A stretch of 64,000 nucleotides of DNA from an uncultured Actinomycetota bacterium (lineage in GTDB: Bacteria; Actinomycetota; Acidimicrobiia; Spongiisociales; UBA4744), in contig CAVQSB010000007.1 of NCBI GenBank assembly GCA_963715305.1, positions 37,576 through 101,575 of the forward strand. Direction: 5' to 3'. The position numbers were made by a program, and so were the translations under genes. The notes under the pieces are model-generated. The model saw only the letters and a list, made by a program, of their open reading frames with translations. It searched no databases and was not told where the DNA came from. Shown here piece after piece: positions 27,051 through 37,159 of the stretch (position 1 is its first letter; each line of letters opens with the position of its first letter).

Positions 27051-28228
27051 GATTTATCATCGTTCTCATTGCCGTGGTGGTCGCGGCTCTGGCAGTCACC
27101 GAGTTGACGATGCAGCCATCGGCGGCCGATCGGACGGCCCTGCTGGTGATCTTCGGGTCAATCGCCGTGGCCACCGGACTGGCCGGCTGGCTCCTGCCGA
27201 GGGTGACGTCTCGATTTCGCACCCTGCGGCACACCGTTCTGCTGGTTTCCATGGCGGCTGTAGCAGTGGTGGCAGTAGCGGTCGCCGTCTCTGCGCAGTT
27301 GATGTTCCTTTCGTCTCACGATCTCCGGCTCGTGGTTGTGGCGGTCGGGCTGGGGGTGGTGCTTGGTGCCCTTCTGGCGGCAACCATCTCACGGCCCTTG
27401 GCCGCAGATCTCGAACGGCTGGCCGGAACTGCCCGACAGATCGGGGAAGGTGATCTTTCTGCCCACGCCGGTCTGCACCGGCCCGACGAGGTGGGGACCG
27501 TTGCCGTCGCCATGGACGGCATGATCGATGCCCTGCGGGCGGCCGAGGTCGAGCGAGACCAGGCCGAGGCGGCCCGCCGGACTTTCCTGGCCGCCATCGG
27601 ACACGATCTTCGAACCCCGCTGACCTCGATGAAGGCAACGATTGAAGCCCTCCAGGATGGTGTGGCCGAGGAGCCAGAACGGTATGTGCGCTCGATGCTG
27701 GCCGACCTCGATCTCCTGTCCGGTCTCGTCGAGGACCTGTTCCTTCTCGCCCAGATTGAGGCAGGCAAGCTGGAATTACATGCGGAGCCCGTCGATCTGG
27801 CCGATCTAGCCGACGAAGCAGTTGAGGCGATGACGCCGGTGGCCCGGCGCCGGGGAGTCGAGATCGCGATCAAGGCCGACCGGCACATCACGGTCTTGGC
27901 CGGCGAGCGGGAGCTCGGCAGGGTCATCCGCAACCTCCTCGACAACGCTATTCGCTATGCCCCTGCCACATCCCACGTTCGGGTGGAGGTCGGGAACGGT
28001 CCGCATGAGGCGACCGTGCGGATCGTCGACGAGGGGCCGGGCTTCCCCGATGACGTCGATGTGTTCGAGAGTTTTGCCAAAGGTGACGCCGCCCGGACGC
28101 GAACGCACGGCGGAGCGGGCTTGGGAATGGCCATTGCCAAGGGTCTGGTAGAAGCGCATGGCGGTTCGATCGCTATCGAGCCGGGTTCGGGTGGCAGGGT
28201 GGTCTTTCGGCTGCCGGTAGTTTCTTGA
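27047..28228 (+). CDS. sensor histidine kinase (HAMP-HisKA-HATPase_c)
   Basis: GTG 27047 overlaps the RR stop (GTGA). Two TM helices, an H-box (FLAAIGHDLRTPLTSM), an N-box (LLDNAIRYAP) and G-boxes (DEGPGFP, GGAGLGMAIAKGLV). Confidence 0.9.
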   Translation: MRFIIVLIAVVVAALAVTELTMQPSAADRTALLVIFGSIAVATGLAGWLLPRVTSRFRTLRHTVLLVSMAAVAVVAVAVAVSAQLMFLSSHDLRLVVVAVGLGVVLGALLAATISRPLAADLERLAGTARQIGEGDLSAHAGLHRPDEVGTVAVAMDGMIDALRAAEVERDQAEAARRTFLAAIGHDLRTPLTSMKATIEALQDGVAEEPERYVRSMLADLDLLSGLVEDLFLLAQIEAGKLELHAEPVDLADLADEAVEAMTPVARRRGVEIAIKADRHITVLAGERELGRVIRNLLDNAIRYAPATSHVRVEVGNGPHEATVRIVDEGPGFPDDVDVFESFAKGDAARTRTHGGAGLGMAIAKGLVEAHGGSIAIEPGSGGRVVFRLPVVS

Positions 28229-28310
28229 TCGGCAGGAAAACAACCTCCCCGACCCCCGTCTCTTCTTCACTTCCGAAAACCCGGAACTCAGCCGCCGGTT
28301 CTAACGTCTC

Positions 28311-29183
28311 ATGAGGATGAAGAAGCTCTTCCTTGGCCTCATGGTGGTGGTAACCGCCTGTGCCCCGGATGGCTCCGGGACGGGAAACACCGCAGATCTA
28401 AGCAGTGCATCGACGTCCACCACGTTGGTTGACCTGGAAACGTGGTGTGCCACCCAAACTCCCGACCGCTGCGTTGAGGGTCTTGTGTACCTCGATGCGA
28501 ATCCGGGACGCGCGAGCTGCGTGTTCACCGTCACAGATGACACCCAGCGGTTTTGGGAGCTTTGTGATGCCTCCGGCGAGGAGGGTGAGCCGGTTACCAC
28601 GATTCCAACCGGGCAGACGGAGGCCGAGCGGCTGGCCGCGGAACGGGCTTACCGGGATGAGGTGACCAGGCGACTGCCGGCGCTCGATGAGCAGGCTGTC
28701 GCGTTGCTGACTGCGGCCCACCCGGACGGGACGTTCACGGGCGGGCTCCTGTTCGTCGATCCCCTGGCCCTGTCGGACGTAGAGCAGCTGGCCGCCGGGC
28801 AGGGGGCGGTCCTGATCTCCGCGTGGCGGACCGACTACCTCTGTTTTCCCGGGATCGAGGACTGGCCCGTAGATACCGCCAGCCGGTTCGCCTACCTGGA
28901 CGGGGTCGAGAGAGCCCGGCAACTCCGCGAAGAGATGGAGAACAGCACCACCCCGGTGACGGGCGGTCACATACCTTTGGATGCCTTCGCGGTCATGGAG
29001 CAGGAAGCGGTTGCCTTGCGAGAGCCGGGTGTGCTCATCGAGGCCGTCCAGGCCCGCCTCCCCGTCGGTTCCCTCGCGTCGCTTCGGGACGACCCTCACG
29101 TCGCGAGGCTCCGTTTGGCCGACTTCCCCGTCGAGTGGCTCGACCTGAGCGATCCTCCTGTCCCAACGTGTGAGGGTGGATGA
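28311..29183 (+). CDS. putative lipoprotein (copy 1, intact)
   Basis: 290 aa: MRMKKLFLGLMVVVTACAPDG, a signal plus lipobox (VTAC). No family recognised. Confidence 0.6.
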   Translation: MRMKKLFLGLMVVVTACAPDGSGTGNTADLSSASTSTTLVDLETWCATQTPDRCVEGLVYLDANPGRASCVFTVTDDTQRFWELCDASGEEGEPVTTIPTGQTEAERLAAERAYRDEVTRRLPALDEQAVALLTAAHPDGTFTGGLLFVDPLALSDVEQLAAGQGAVLISAWRTDYLCFPGIEDWPVDTASRFAYLDGVERARQLREEMENSTTPVTGGHIPLDAFAVMEQEAVALREPGVLIEAVQARLPVGSLASLRDDPHVARLRLADFPVEWLDLSDPPVPTCEGG

Positions 29184-29388
29184 TGTATCCGCCGGCCACC
29201 TCCTGACCGGGAGGCCGTCGAGGAATGCACGTCCAATGGCGGTTCGATCGCTATCGAGCCGGGTTCGGGTGGCAGGGTGGTCTTTCGGCTGCCGGTAGTT
29301 TCTTGATCGGCAGGAAAACAACCTCCCCGACCCCCGTCTCTTCTTCACTTCCGAAAACCCGGAACTCAGCCGCCGGTTCTAACGTCTC

Positions 29389-30262
29389 ATGAGGATGAAG
29401 AAGCTCTTCCTTGGCCTCATGGTGGTGGTAACCGCCTGTGCCCCGGATGGCTCCGGGACGGGAAACACCGCAGATCTAAGCAGTGCATCGACGTCCACCA
29501 CGTTGGTTGACCTGGAAACGTGGTGTGCCACCCAAACTCCCGACCGCTGCATCGAGGGTCTTGTGTACCTCGATGCGAATCCGGGCACGTGCGAGCTGCG
29601 TGTTCACCGTCACAGATGACACCCAGCGGTTTTGGGAGCTTTGTGATGCCTCCGGCGAGGAGGGTGAGCCGGTTACCACGATTCCAACCGGGCAGACGGA
29701 GGCCGAGCGGCTGGCCGCGGAACGGGCTTACCGGGATGAGGTGACCAGGCGACTGCCGGCGCTCGATGAGCAGGCTGTCGCGTTGCTGACTGCGGCCCAC
29801 CCGGACGGGACGTTCACGGGCGGGCTCCTGTTCGTCGATCCCCTGGCCCTGTCGGACGTAGAGCAGCTGGCCGCCGGGCAGGGGGCGGTCCTGATCTCCG
29901 CGTGGCGGACCGACTACCTCTGTTTTCCCGGGATCGAGGACTGGCCCGTAGATACCGCCAGCCGGTTCGCCTACCTGGACGGGGTCGAGAGAGCCCGGCA
30001 ACTCCGCGAAGAGATGGAGAACAGCACCACCCCGGTGACGGGCGGTCACATACCTTTGGATGCCTTCGCGGTCATGGAGCAGGAAGCGGTTGCCTTGCGA
30101 GAGCCGGGTGTGCTCATCGAGGCCGTCCAGGCCCGCCTCCCCGTCGGTTCCCTCGCGTCGCTTCGGGACGACCCTCACGTCGCGAGGCTCCGTTTGGCCG
30201 ACTTCCCCGTCGAGTGGCTCGACCTGAGCGATCCTCCTGTCCCAACGTGTGAGGGTGGATGA
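29389..30262 (+). pseudogene. putative lipoprotein (copy 2, frame shifted by an extra C at 29586)
   Basis: ORF 29389..29619 and ORF 29483..30262 together reproduce copy 1. Downstream of the shift the protein is identical to copy 1. Confidence 0.6.
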
Positions 30263-30314
30263 TGTATCCGCCGGCCACCTCCTGACCGGGAGGCCGTCGA
30301 GGAATGCACGTCCA

Positions 30315-31043
30315 ATGGCCGGCCACAGGACCCGTGCCCGGGGAATCAGCGGGGCGACCCTCTACCATCTCGATGTGTTGAATTCTCCCTCCTTCCGGCG
30401 CGGGCTGCGCGATGGGTTCCCCGTCTTCCTGGCGGTTGGGGTTTTTGGAATCGCGTTCGGGGTGCTGGCGGTTCAAGCCGGCTTGGCTCCCTGGCTGGCC
30501 GTCACGGCTTCGGTTGTGATCGTGTCCGGGGCAGCCCAGTTCGCGTTGGTCGGCTTGCTGGCTGCAGGACCCGGCCCGGTTCTGGTGGCCACAACCGGAC
30601 TGGCGCTGCGGCATTTGCCGATGTCGGCAAAGCTGGCGGATCTCGTCGGGGAGCGATCGCTGCGGACGAGATTGAGTCTCGCCTGGGTGCTGACCGACGA
30701 GACGTTTGGTCTCACGCTCCGGGCCTCACAAACCGGGGTCCAGGATCTCGCTGCCTATAAGGCGGCGGCAGATGTGATGCTCTACTCGGCCTGGGTAGCA
30801 GGAACCGCAATCGGCGCTCTCGTCGGAAGAACCATCGACCCGGCCACTCTTGGCATCGACGTCCTCTTTGCCTTGCTGTTCCTGGGACTGGCTGCTCCGC
30901 TGATCAGGAATAGGCGGGACTGGATCGTGGCCGGCCTGGCAGTGGCCTTCGCCGTTCTAGCCACGCTGGTTCTCCCGGAAGCCTGGCGGATCACCGGAGC
31001 GGCAACTGCCGCTGCTTTCGTGGGGACGGCCATTCGTGATTAG
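30315..31043 (+). CDS. azlC: AzlC family branched-chain amino acid exporter subunit
   Basis: In-frame ATG at 30315 in ORF 30249..31043. Reads FRRGLRDGFPVFLAVGVFGIAFGVLA...SGAAQFA...ALRHLPMSA. The ATG lies exactly on the duplication boundary. Confidence 0.8.
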   Translation: MAGHRTRARGISGATLYHLDVLNSPSFRRGLRDGFPVFLAVGVFGIAFGVLAVQAGLAPWLAVTASVVIVSGAAQFALVGLLAAGPGPVLVATTGLALRHLPMSAKLADLVGERSLRTRLSLAWVLTDETFGLTLRASQTGVQDLAAYKAAADVMLYSAWVAGTAIGALVGRTIDPATLGIDVLFALLFLGLAAPLIRNRRDWIVAGLAVAFAVLATLVLPEAWRITGAATAAAFVGTAIRD

Positions 31044-31347
31044 CAACCTGGGTTTGATTCTGGTGGTTGCCGTCATCACCTTCGGCAGCCGGGTTGTCTT
31101 TCTCGCCGGCCGCCGGCCGGTTCCGGAGGGGATGGTCGGCCGCTTCCTCGAGGTGTTCCCACTGGCGTTGTTCATTGCCCTCGCCGCCGGCGGTTTGATC
31201 GCTCCGGAAGGCACCCCGGCCGTCACCCCTGCGCTGGGGGGCGCCGTGGGAGGAGTGACCGGCGCTGTGGTGACCCGCCGATCCCTGGTCGGGACCATCG
31301 TCATCGGAGCCGTTGGCTACTGGCTGACCCGGCTGGTCGTGGGATGA
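31036..31347 (+). CDS. azlD: AzlD family branched-chain amino acid transport protein
   Basis: 103 aa, hydrophobic (ISNLGLILVVAVITFGSRVVFL). Overlaps the azlC 3' end. Confidence 0.75.
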   Translation: MISNLGLILVVAVITFGSRVVFLAGRRPVPEGMVGRFLEVFPLALFIALAAGGLIAPEGTPAVTPALGGAVGGVTGAVVTRRSLVGTIVIGAVGYWLTRLVVG

Positions 31348-31350
31348 GGA

Positions 31351-31368
31351 ACCCGTCGCATGACGGGT
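31351..31368. terminator. short GC hairpin between convergent azlD and ino1
   Basis: acccgtc-gcat-gacgggt, a 7-bp stem with a 4-nt loop. There is no clear U-tract, so this is only a candidate. Confidence 0.3.
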
Positions 31369-31404
31369 CGATTATGATCAGCGACGGCCGGGCGCCACGG
31401 GTTC

Positions 31405-32514
31405 CTATTCCTTGAGATACTCGACGATGCGGGATTCCTCCGGCGCTCCATCACTGATGAACTCGGCCACGAAGTCCCGTGCCTTTTCGTCGAGGTACTG
31501 CACGGGAGGGCTCTTCATGAAATACGCAGAGGGGCCGGGGAGCGGCCCGCCCATACCTCGATCCCGGGCGATCTGCACGGTCCGGATTGCGTCGATCACA
31601 ACTCCTGCGGAGTTCGGTGAGTCCCATACCTCCAGCTTCAACTCGAGGTTGAGCGGGACATCCCCGAACGACCTGCCTTCGAGGCGGATGTAGGCCCACT
31701 TGCGGTCCGACAACCAGGAAACGAAATCGGATGGCCCAATGTGAACGTTGCCGTCGCCGAGGTCGTGGGGGATTTGTGAGGTCACCGACTGCGTCTTGGA
31801 GATCTTCTTCGAGTCCAGCCGGGACGGCTCCAGCATGTTCTTGAAGTCCATGTTGCCGCCAACGTTCAGCTGCATGGTGCGCTCCAGGTCGACGCCCCGT
31901 TCCTCGAAGAGCCGGGCCAAAGCGCGGTGGACGATCGTGGCCCCGACCTGCGACTTGATGTCGTCGCCGACCAGGGGAACTCCGGCGGCCCGGAAGCGTT
32001 TCGCCCAGGAAGGGTCGGAGGCGATGAACACCGGAATGCAGTTGACGAACCCCACTCCGGCTTCCAGAGCTGCAGCCGCGTAGAACCGGGTGGCCTCCTC
32101 TGAGCCGACCGGCAGGTAGTTGACGAGGACATCTGCGCGCGCTTCCCGGAGAACGGCGGCGACATCAACAGGATCAGCCATCGATTCCTCGATGGAGTCC
32201 CGATAGTGGGGGCCGAGCCCGTCGAGCGTCGGCCCGCGCATGACTTCTATCCCGAGATCGCCAACGTTGGCGAAACGCACGGTGTTGTTCAAGCCGGCCC
32301 ACATGGCCTTGGCCACGTCCATTCCCACCTTGGTCGCGTCCACGTCAAAGGCCGCTACGACCTGCAGGTCACCGATGTGGTAGTCGCCCATCACGACGTG
32401 CATGAGGCCAGGGATCGAGTCGCCGGGTGGTGCCTCCCGGTAGTACTCCACTCCCTGGATCAAAGCGTTGGCGCAGTTGCCCACGCCGGCGATGGCCACT
32501 CGTATTTCGCTCAA
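31405..32514 (-). CDS. ino1: inositol-3-phosphate synthase
   Basis: 369 aa: [25 protein letters not shown]...[23 protein letters not shown]. The bacterial Ino1 signature is present throughout. Confidence 0.9.
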   Translation of the reverse strand: MSEIRVAIAGVGNCANALIQGVEYYREAPPGDSIPGLMHVVMGDYHIGDLQVVAAFDVDATKVGMDVAKAMWAGLNNTVRFANVGDLGIEVMRGPTLDGLGPHYRDSIEESMADPVDVAAVLREARADVLVNYLPVGSEEATRFYAAAALEAGVGFVNCIPVFIASDPSWAKRFRAAGVPLVGDDIKSQVGATIVHRALARLFEERGVDLERTMQLNVGGNMDFKNMLEPSRLDSKKISKTQSVTSQIPHDLGDGNVHIGPSDFVSWLSDRKWAYIRLEGRSFGDVPLNLELKLEVWDSPNSAGVVIDAIRTVQIARDRGMGGPLPGPSAYFMKSPPVQYLDEKARDFVAEFISDGAPEESRIVEYLKE

Positions 32515-32679
32515 GAGTCTCTGGACCTTTCGTGGTGGTCGGCCACGGGCCGAGCCGATCGGCGTTCGTCCACCGCTGAATTAGCTATCTTGCCCAAAGG
32601 CCGGAGTTACGTCCACTCGCTTTGACCTGACCGGCGATACCCTCGACAATTCGATTTTGTCCGAGAAAGGCAGACATCC

Positions 32680-33072
32680 ATGACCGAAACACTGGTCACG
32701 ATTCATTCCATCTGGCGCTGGCTGGTGCTGGTCGGCCTCATCGCCGCTCTGGTATATGGGTTGTCCCGTCGGTCCGACGCTCCGCCGCTCGACAAGAGCA
32801 CCGGCCGACCGTTCACTTTTGCCCTGATCATTCTGGATATCCAGGTCCTCATCGGCTTGCTGGTCTGGATCGCCGGCAGTGGATGGGAACTGAACGTCTT
32901 CCTGGCCTGGATCCACCCGGTTGGCATGATCCTGGCGCTCGGGCTGGGGCACGCCCTGGTGGGTCGAGCCGTCCGATCCGGTGGAACCCGCGGTTACCGG
33001 ACGGCCGCGTTCGGGATTGTGGGGGCGCTGATCATCGTGGGCGGGTTGATTCCCTCAGGGTCATGGTTCTGA
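32680..33072 (+). CDS. hypothetical membrane protein (4 TM)
   Basis: 130 aa, hydrophobic. No family recognised. Confidence 0.5.
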   Translation: MTETLVTIHSIWRWLVLVGLIAALVYGLSRRSDAPPLDKSTGRPFTFALIILDIQVLIGLLVWIAGSGWELNVFLAWIHPVGMILALGLGHALVGRAVRSGGTRGYRTAAFGIVGALIIVGGLIPSGSWF

Positions 33073-33476
33073 GGCGAACAGCCCTCATCCTGGTGGCCGC
33101 GCTGGCCGTGACCGCTTGCGGTGCCACCCACGGGCCCTGGACCGACCCGAGCGGGAATCTCGCCTCCTCGGGCATCATCGTCGAGTACGAAGGATTCCGG
33201 CGGTGCGGAACTCACGACGTGGTCTTCATCGAGTATGCCGGTCGGACCTACGCCAACGACCCAAGCGGGGCACTGGGGCCTCTCACCGCGCCGAGTGGAC
33301 AAGCGTTGACCTTCAACAACCAGGCGCAACTCCCCACCGATGCGGTCGCCAGCGGATATCGTCATACGTTCCGGGAAGTGTGGGTAGCCCAATCTGATCT
33401 CGAGGAGTATCTCTATGTCGTCTTCGACGACGAGCGGGTCGAACGCTGGCCGCGAGCTGAGATCCCGTGCGAATAG
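33063..33476 (+). CDS. putative lipoprotein
   Basis: In-frame ATG at 33063 in ORF 32883..33476. MVLRRTALILVAALAVTACG has a lipobox. Overlaps the previous gene by 10 nt. Confidence 0.5.
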   Translation: MVLRRTALILVAALAVTACGATHGPWTDPSGNLASSGIIVEYEGFRRCGTHDVVFIEYAGRTYANDPSGALGPLTAPSGQALTFNNQAQLPTDAVASGYRHTFREVWVAQSDLEEYLYVVFDDERVERWPRAEIPCE

Positions 33477-33522
33477 CGACGGGTCTCGGTCTGGTGCGAC
33501 CGGGTGAGGTCGAACGGTCGGG

Positions 33523-35292
33523 TCAGCGGTCGTAGTCGATCAGCACAATCAGCGAGCCGCGATACCTTGACCCGTCGATGCTGGTCCCGGCGATGATGGC
33601 GTTGAATGGTTCGAGCGCCACTCGCACGTCGCCTTCCGCTCCGAACACATCGACCATGCCGCCAACGTCGGCAAAGAAGGAGACGGCGAAGTTGTCGCCG
33701 GGAAGAGCATCGACCGCGGCGGAAAAGGCCGGATTGGCGGTCAGGTTGGGGCCTACGGCGCCGATCCTGGCCAGGTCAGACGAGCTCGTGCCGATCATGA
33801 ATCGCTGGTCGGTGACCCCCCAAGCGACGGCTTCTTGACCGGCATCCTCGTAGGCGTACAACTCGTTGCCGGCAACGTTGGTTGTGACAAAAGCCATTCC
33901 CTCGTCCGTCAGCAAGGAGTTCAGTTTCCGAACGGTGGAGCGCAGCGGGTCGGGCGATGACGTGCCGACGAACCCGACCAGCCCGATCGGGTAGCCGGCT
34001 TCGGCGGCCAGCAAACCGGCCTCGGATCGGAGGAGAGCTACCCCGAGGGAGCCGTCCAGGTAGGCCACGAAATCGTCGATGGGATGGAATCCGATTTCAA
34101 CTGCGAACTCATCGAGTTGTTCCTCGTAGTCGGATTTGAACCCCATGAAGGACGCCGCAACGGAGGACCAGATTCCGGCCGGGCTGCCGTACTCGGCGAA
34201 GGCGAGTGTGTCGACCGGGAGCAAAGCAGGGACGGCGCCTGTGCCGAGCAGTTCCTGGGTGTACCACCCGGGAGCGTTGCCTTCCTCGAAGAGAACTACT
34301 GCATCGAAGGCGATCCCGCTCTCTGTGACGGTGACGGCCATTGAGGCTCCGGTCCAGCCGTCCAGGAGATCGTCGGCGAGCTCAGCGTCTGGGGAAGAGG
34401 AGGACCCGAATTCGGTGGTCTGGATGTTCTCGTAGAGGGCTCGGTAGAAACCGGCGTCGACCCAACCGGTGAATAGCCGCGACTCGGGAAGGGATTCGGT
34501 GGCCTCCGTAAAGTTCGGGTTGTCAGCGAGCGACGTTCCCCTCTGGGCATCGATACCGCGTTGCACGCCCACCGTGGTGCCGGCCAGCAACATGCCGTCG
34601 GAGACTCCAATGGCTGTTTCGGTTCCGGCGTCCGTCCAGACCAGCAAGTCAACCCCGCCGTACGTGAGCGGCGCCAGGACTATGCCTTGACGTCCAACCG
34701 ATTGGCTGAACGTGTTCAGGAAGTCCTGCGCCTCCCCTTCGTTTCGTACTTCAACGGCTATCAACACGTCAGGGGTTGTTGTGGAATCCAGCGGATCCCA
34801 CCTTCCGCCCAGCACGCCAACCCCGATCGTTCGACCGATCCAAGGCCTGATGTCGTTGGAGAAGTCGAAACCGGCTGAGGCCTGGAGTTGGACGTCGAGA
34901 TCGGCGATGAGGGCTTCGGGGTCCTGGACGTCTTCACCGAGGCGTCCGAGGACTCCCCGGACCGTGTCGACGAGGGCACCGGTGGTGTCTTCGCCGGTGA
35001 GTTGCAGGAGGTCGACGGCGACATAGACGTCTGTGTCGGGAGGCATGACCGCGGCCGGAGCCTGGCTGACGGCGGTGAAGGCCCCAAGCGCGAGGAAACC
35101 CCCTCCACCAACCAGGGCCAGGACGGTTACGGCGCTTGCCACCAGGACCCAGGGGCCGCGCCGCTTGGGCGGTGCCGATACCGGTTGGTAGGAAGCCTGT
35201 ATCAGACCGGATTCGGAGGACATGTCGAAGGAGTCAGCGGGCAGCTCGTACGGATCAGACGGGAGATTGTCCATGCCGCCGTCTATCGGCAT
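33523..35292 (-). CDS. membrane-anchored protein, DUF3352-like
   Basis: ORF 33523..35484. Plausible starts are at 35292 and 35274 (MPIDGGMDNLPSDPY...). One TM helix (WVLVASAVTVLALVGGGGFLALGAF) precedes a large extracytoplasmic domain. Family assignment is from memory. Confidence 0.55.
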   Translation of the reverse strand: MPIDGGMDNLPSDPYELPADSFDMSSESGLIQASYQPVSAPPKRRGPWVLVASAVTVLALVGGGGFLALGAFTAVSQAPAAVMPPDTDVYVAVDLLQLTGEDTTGALVDTVRGVLGRLGEDVQDPEALIADLDVQLQASAGFDFSNDIRPWIGRTIGVGVLGGRWDPLDSTTTPDVLIAVEVRNEGEAQDFLNTFSQSVGRQGIVLAPLTYGGVDLLVWTDAGTETAIGVSDGMLLAGTTVGVQRGIDAQRGTSLADNPNFTEATESLPESRLFTGWVDAGFYRALYENIQTTEFGSSSSPDAELADDLLDGWTGASMAVTVTESGIAFDAVVLFEEGNAPGWYTQELLGTGAVPALLPVDTLAFAEYGSPAGIWSSVAASFMGFKSDYEEQLDEFAVEIGFHPIDDFVAYLDGSLGVALLRSEAGLLAAEAGYPIGLVGFVGTSSPDPLRSTVRKLNSLLTDEGMAFVTTNVAGNELYAYEDAGQEAVAWGVTDQRFMIGTSSSDLARIGAVGPNLTANPAFSAAVDALPGDNFAVSFFADVGGMVDVFGAEGDVRVALEPFNAIIAGTSIDGSRYRGSLIVLIDYDR

Positions 35293-35490
35293 TTGTGTCC
35301 AGGAGCTTGAACAACATAGGCACACGGATATGTTGGCTACCGGGCGAGAGGGCACCGAGCTGATCGGTGGGCATCGATATTTGCCCACGGATGATGGATG
35401 CAGCGTCGATATCTGCGGCTTACAGGACGGTTCGAGTGAGGCTTCGTGAGGATCAAGACGCGCCTCGCCCGTGCCGATACTCACTGTCAG

Positions 35491-37134
35491 ATGTCGCAGG
35501 TAACAACAACCGAAGATCGTCCGGGTAGCTCCCGTCGGGGGGGAGCCTTACCGCGAGACGACCCATCGAAGCGGCAGACCATCAATACGTCACTGGTGCG
35601 CCGGTACCACCTGACTCGCCTGGGTGTGGCCGTCGCCATGTCCGTTCTGAGTCTGATCCTCGCGTTCGTGTGGGATTGGTCGGCCGGGTTGCTCGTCACC
35701 GGGGTGGCCTTGGGCGCGACCACCGATGCGTGGATGCGCTTCACCGGTCGATGGTCTCCCTCGACCCTGGTGCCCTTGACCGTGGACGCAACCGCCATCG
35801 GCGCTGCCACCGTGCTCGGTCAAATGCCCTCCGAAGTGGTGATCATCCCGTTTTCGTACATCGTGGTCAGCGCCTTTGCCCTCTTGGACGTTGGCGCTGC
35901 TATTCGTTTTACCCTCTACCCGACCGCCTGGGTGATCCTGCATCTGGTGGTGGTCGATTTCGCGGGGTGGTCCGGGACCGAAGTGTGGGTGATGAGGGCC
36001 ATCGGACTCCTGGTCTTCTTGCCGGGGATGGTGGCCATCCTGATTGCTACCTCGGATGCTCTCCGATCCGCCCAGCGACTCGACGCTCGCCTTGTGGCCA
36101 GTGAGAAACAACTCGAGCTGACCGTCACCGGCGCGCCGCTGATTCTGTTCGAATACGACGATCAGGGCACCTTCACCCTATCTGAGGGAGCCGCCTTGGG
36201 AAGTCTGGGATTGGCTCCCGGCCAGGTCGTTGGACAGTCGGCCTTCGCGGTGTACGCCGAAGCGCCCGCGGTGCTGGCCGGGGTGAAACGATCTTTGCAA
36301 GGAGAGGCTTTCGCCGAGGTGGTCCAGGTTGGTGAACTGTCCTTTCAGGTGCAGTACCGGCCACAATTCGACGACTACGGCAACCTCGAGCGGGTCATCG
36401 GTGTGGCCACCGATGTGTCCGATCGCGTGACTGCCGAGGCCGCCCTCGCCGCCCAGGTTCGTTCAAAAGACCAGTTCGTGGCGACGATCGCCCACGAGCT
36501 GCGCACCCCGCTGACCGCGGTGGTTGGTCTGTCGGAAGAGCTGCGGTCGAGTTATCAGATGTTCGGGCAGGATGAAATTGCGGAGTTCATCAACATGATT
36601 GCCGACCAGGGCCACGAGGTCGCAGCCATCGTCGAGGACCTCCTGGTAGCCGCCCGGGCCGACATCGGCAAGGTGTCGGTGATCTCCCAGGATGTGGATC
36701 TGCAACGTTCCGTCGAGGGGGTCCTGGCGGAGACCAATCACCTGCGGACTGCAACCACGAGTTCAATCTCTGTGGTTGGCGAAGCCGGTGTGGCCGTCGC
36801 CGATCCGCAACGCGTCCGTCAGATTCTTCGCAACCTGGTTACCAACGCCTTCCGTTATGGAGGCGACCAGGTCTCCATCGAACTGGTCCGCCATGGATTG
36901 TGGATCAAGGTGGTCGTCGCCGACAACGGATCCGGGGTTCCGGTGGCGGACGAGGAGTCGATTTTCGAACCGTTTCGCCGGGCCCACAATGCGCCGGGAA
37001 TGCCGGGCTCGGTTGGGCTGGGGCTATCGGTAGCCCGCAAACTCGCCGAGATGATGGACGGCACCCTCATGTACCGGCGGGTGGGATCCCGTACGGAGTT
37101 CGAGTTGGCTCTGCCGGCCGCGCCCGGGCAGTAG
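35491..37134 (+). CDS. membrane-bound PAS-domain sensor histidine kinase (no adjacent response regulator)
   Basis: ATG 35491 in ORF 35446..37134. Multiple TM helices, a PAS-like segment, an H-box (FVATIAHELRTPLTAV), an N-box (RNLVTNAFRYG) and a G-box (DNGSGVP...GLGLSVARKL). Confidence 0.8.
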   Translation: MSQVTTTEDRPGSSRRGGALPRDDPSKRQTINTSLVRRYHLTRLGVAVAMSVLSLILAFVWDWSAGLLVTGVALGATTDAWMRFTGRWSPSTLVPLTVDATAIGAATVLGQMPSEVVIIPFSYIVVSAFALLDVGAAIRFTLYPTAWVILHLVVVDFAGWSGTEVWVMRAIGLLVFLPGMVAILIATSDALRSAQRLDARLVASEKQLELTVTGAPLILFEYDDQGTFTLSEGAALGSLGLAPGQVVGQSAFAVYAEAPAVLAGVKRSLQGEAFAEVVQVGELSFQVQYRPQFDDYGNLERVIGVATDVSDRVTAEAALAAQVRSKDQFVATIAHELRTPLTAVVGLSEELRSSYQMFGQDEIAEFINMIADQGHEVAAIVEDLLVAARADIGKVSVISQDVDLQRSVEGVLAETNHLRTATTSSISVVGEAGVAVADPQRVRQILRNLVTNAFRYGGDQVSIELVRHGLWIKVVVADNGSGVPVADEESIFEPFRRAHNAPGMPGSVGLGLSVARKLAEMMDGTLMYRRVGSRTEFELALPAAPGQ

Positions 37135-37159
37135 CAAATTATTCGGATGAGCGTTCGCT

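Larger units (their letters stand above)
28158..30314. repeat. direct tandem duplication, unit 1 = 28158..29235 (1078 bp) and unit 2 = 29236..30314 (1079 bp)
   Basis: By direct comparison the two units are identical apart from 3 substitutions and 1 inserted base in one 40-bp patch. Both junctions carry ATGGC (catggc|ggttcg at 28158, aatggc|ggttcg at 29236, aatggc|cggcca at 30315). The ORF track shows identical translations in all frames. Confidence 0.9.

Noticed and set aside
28158-30314. The duplication considered as a mobile element or integrative cassette
   Set aside because: It has no transposase or integrase, no inverted terminal repeats and no target-site duplication beyond the 5-nt microhomology. 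The content is ordinary chromosomal sequence.
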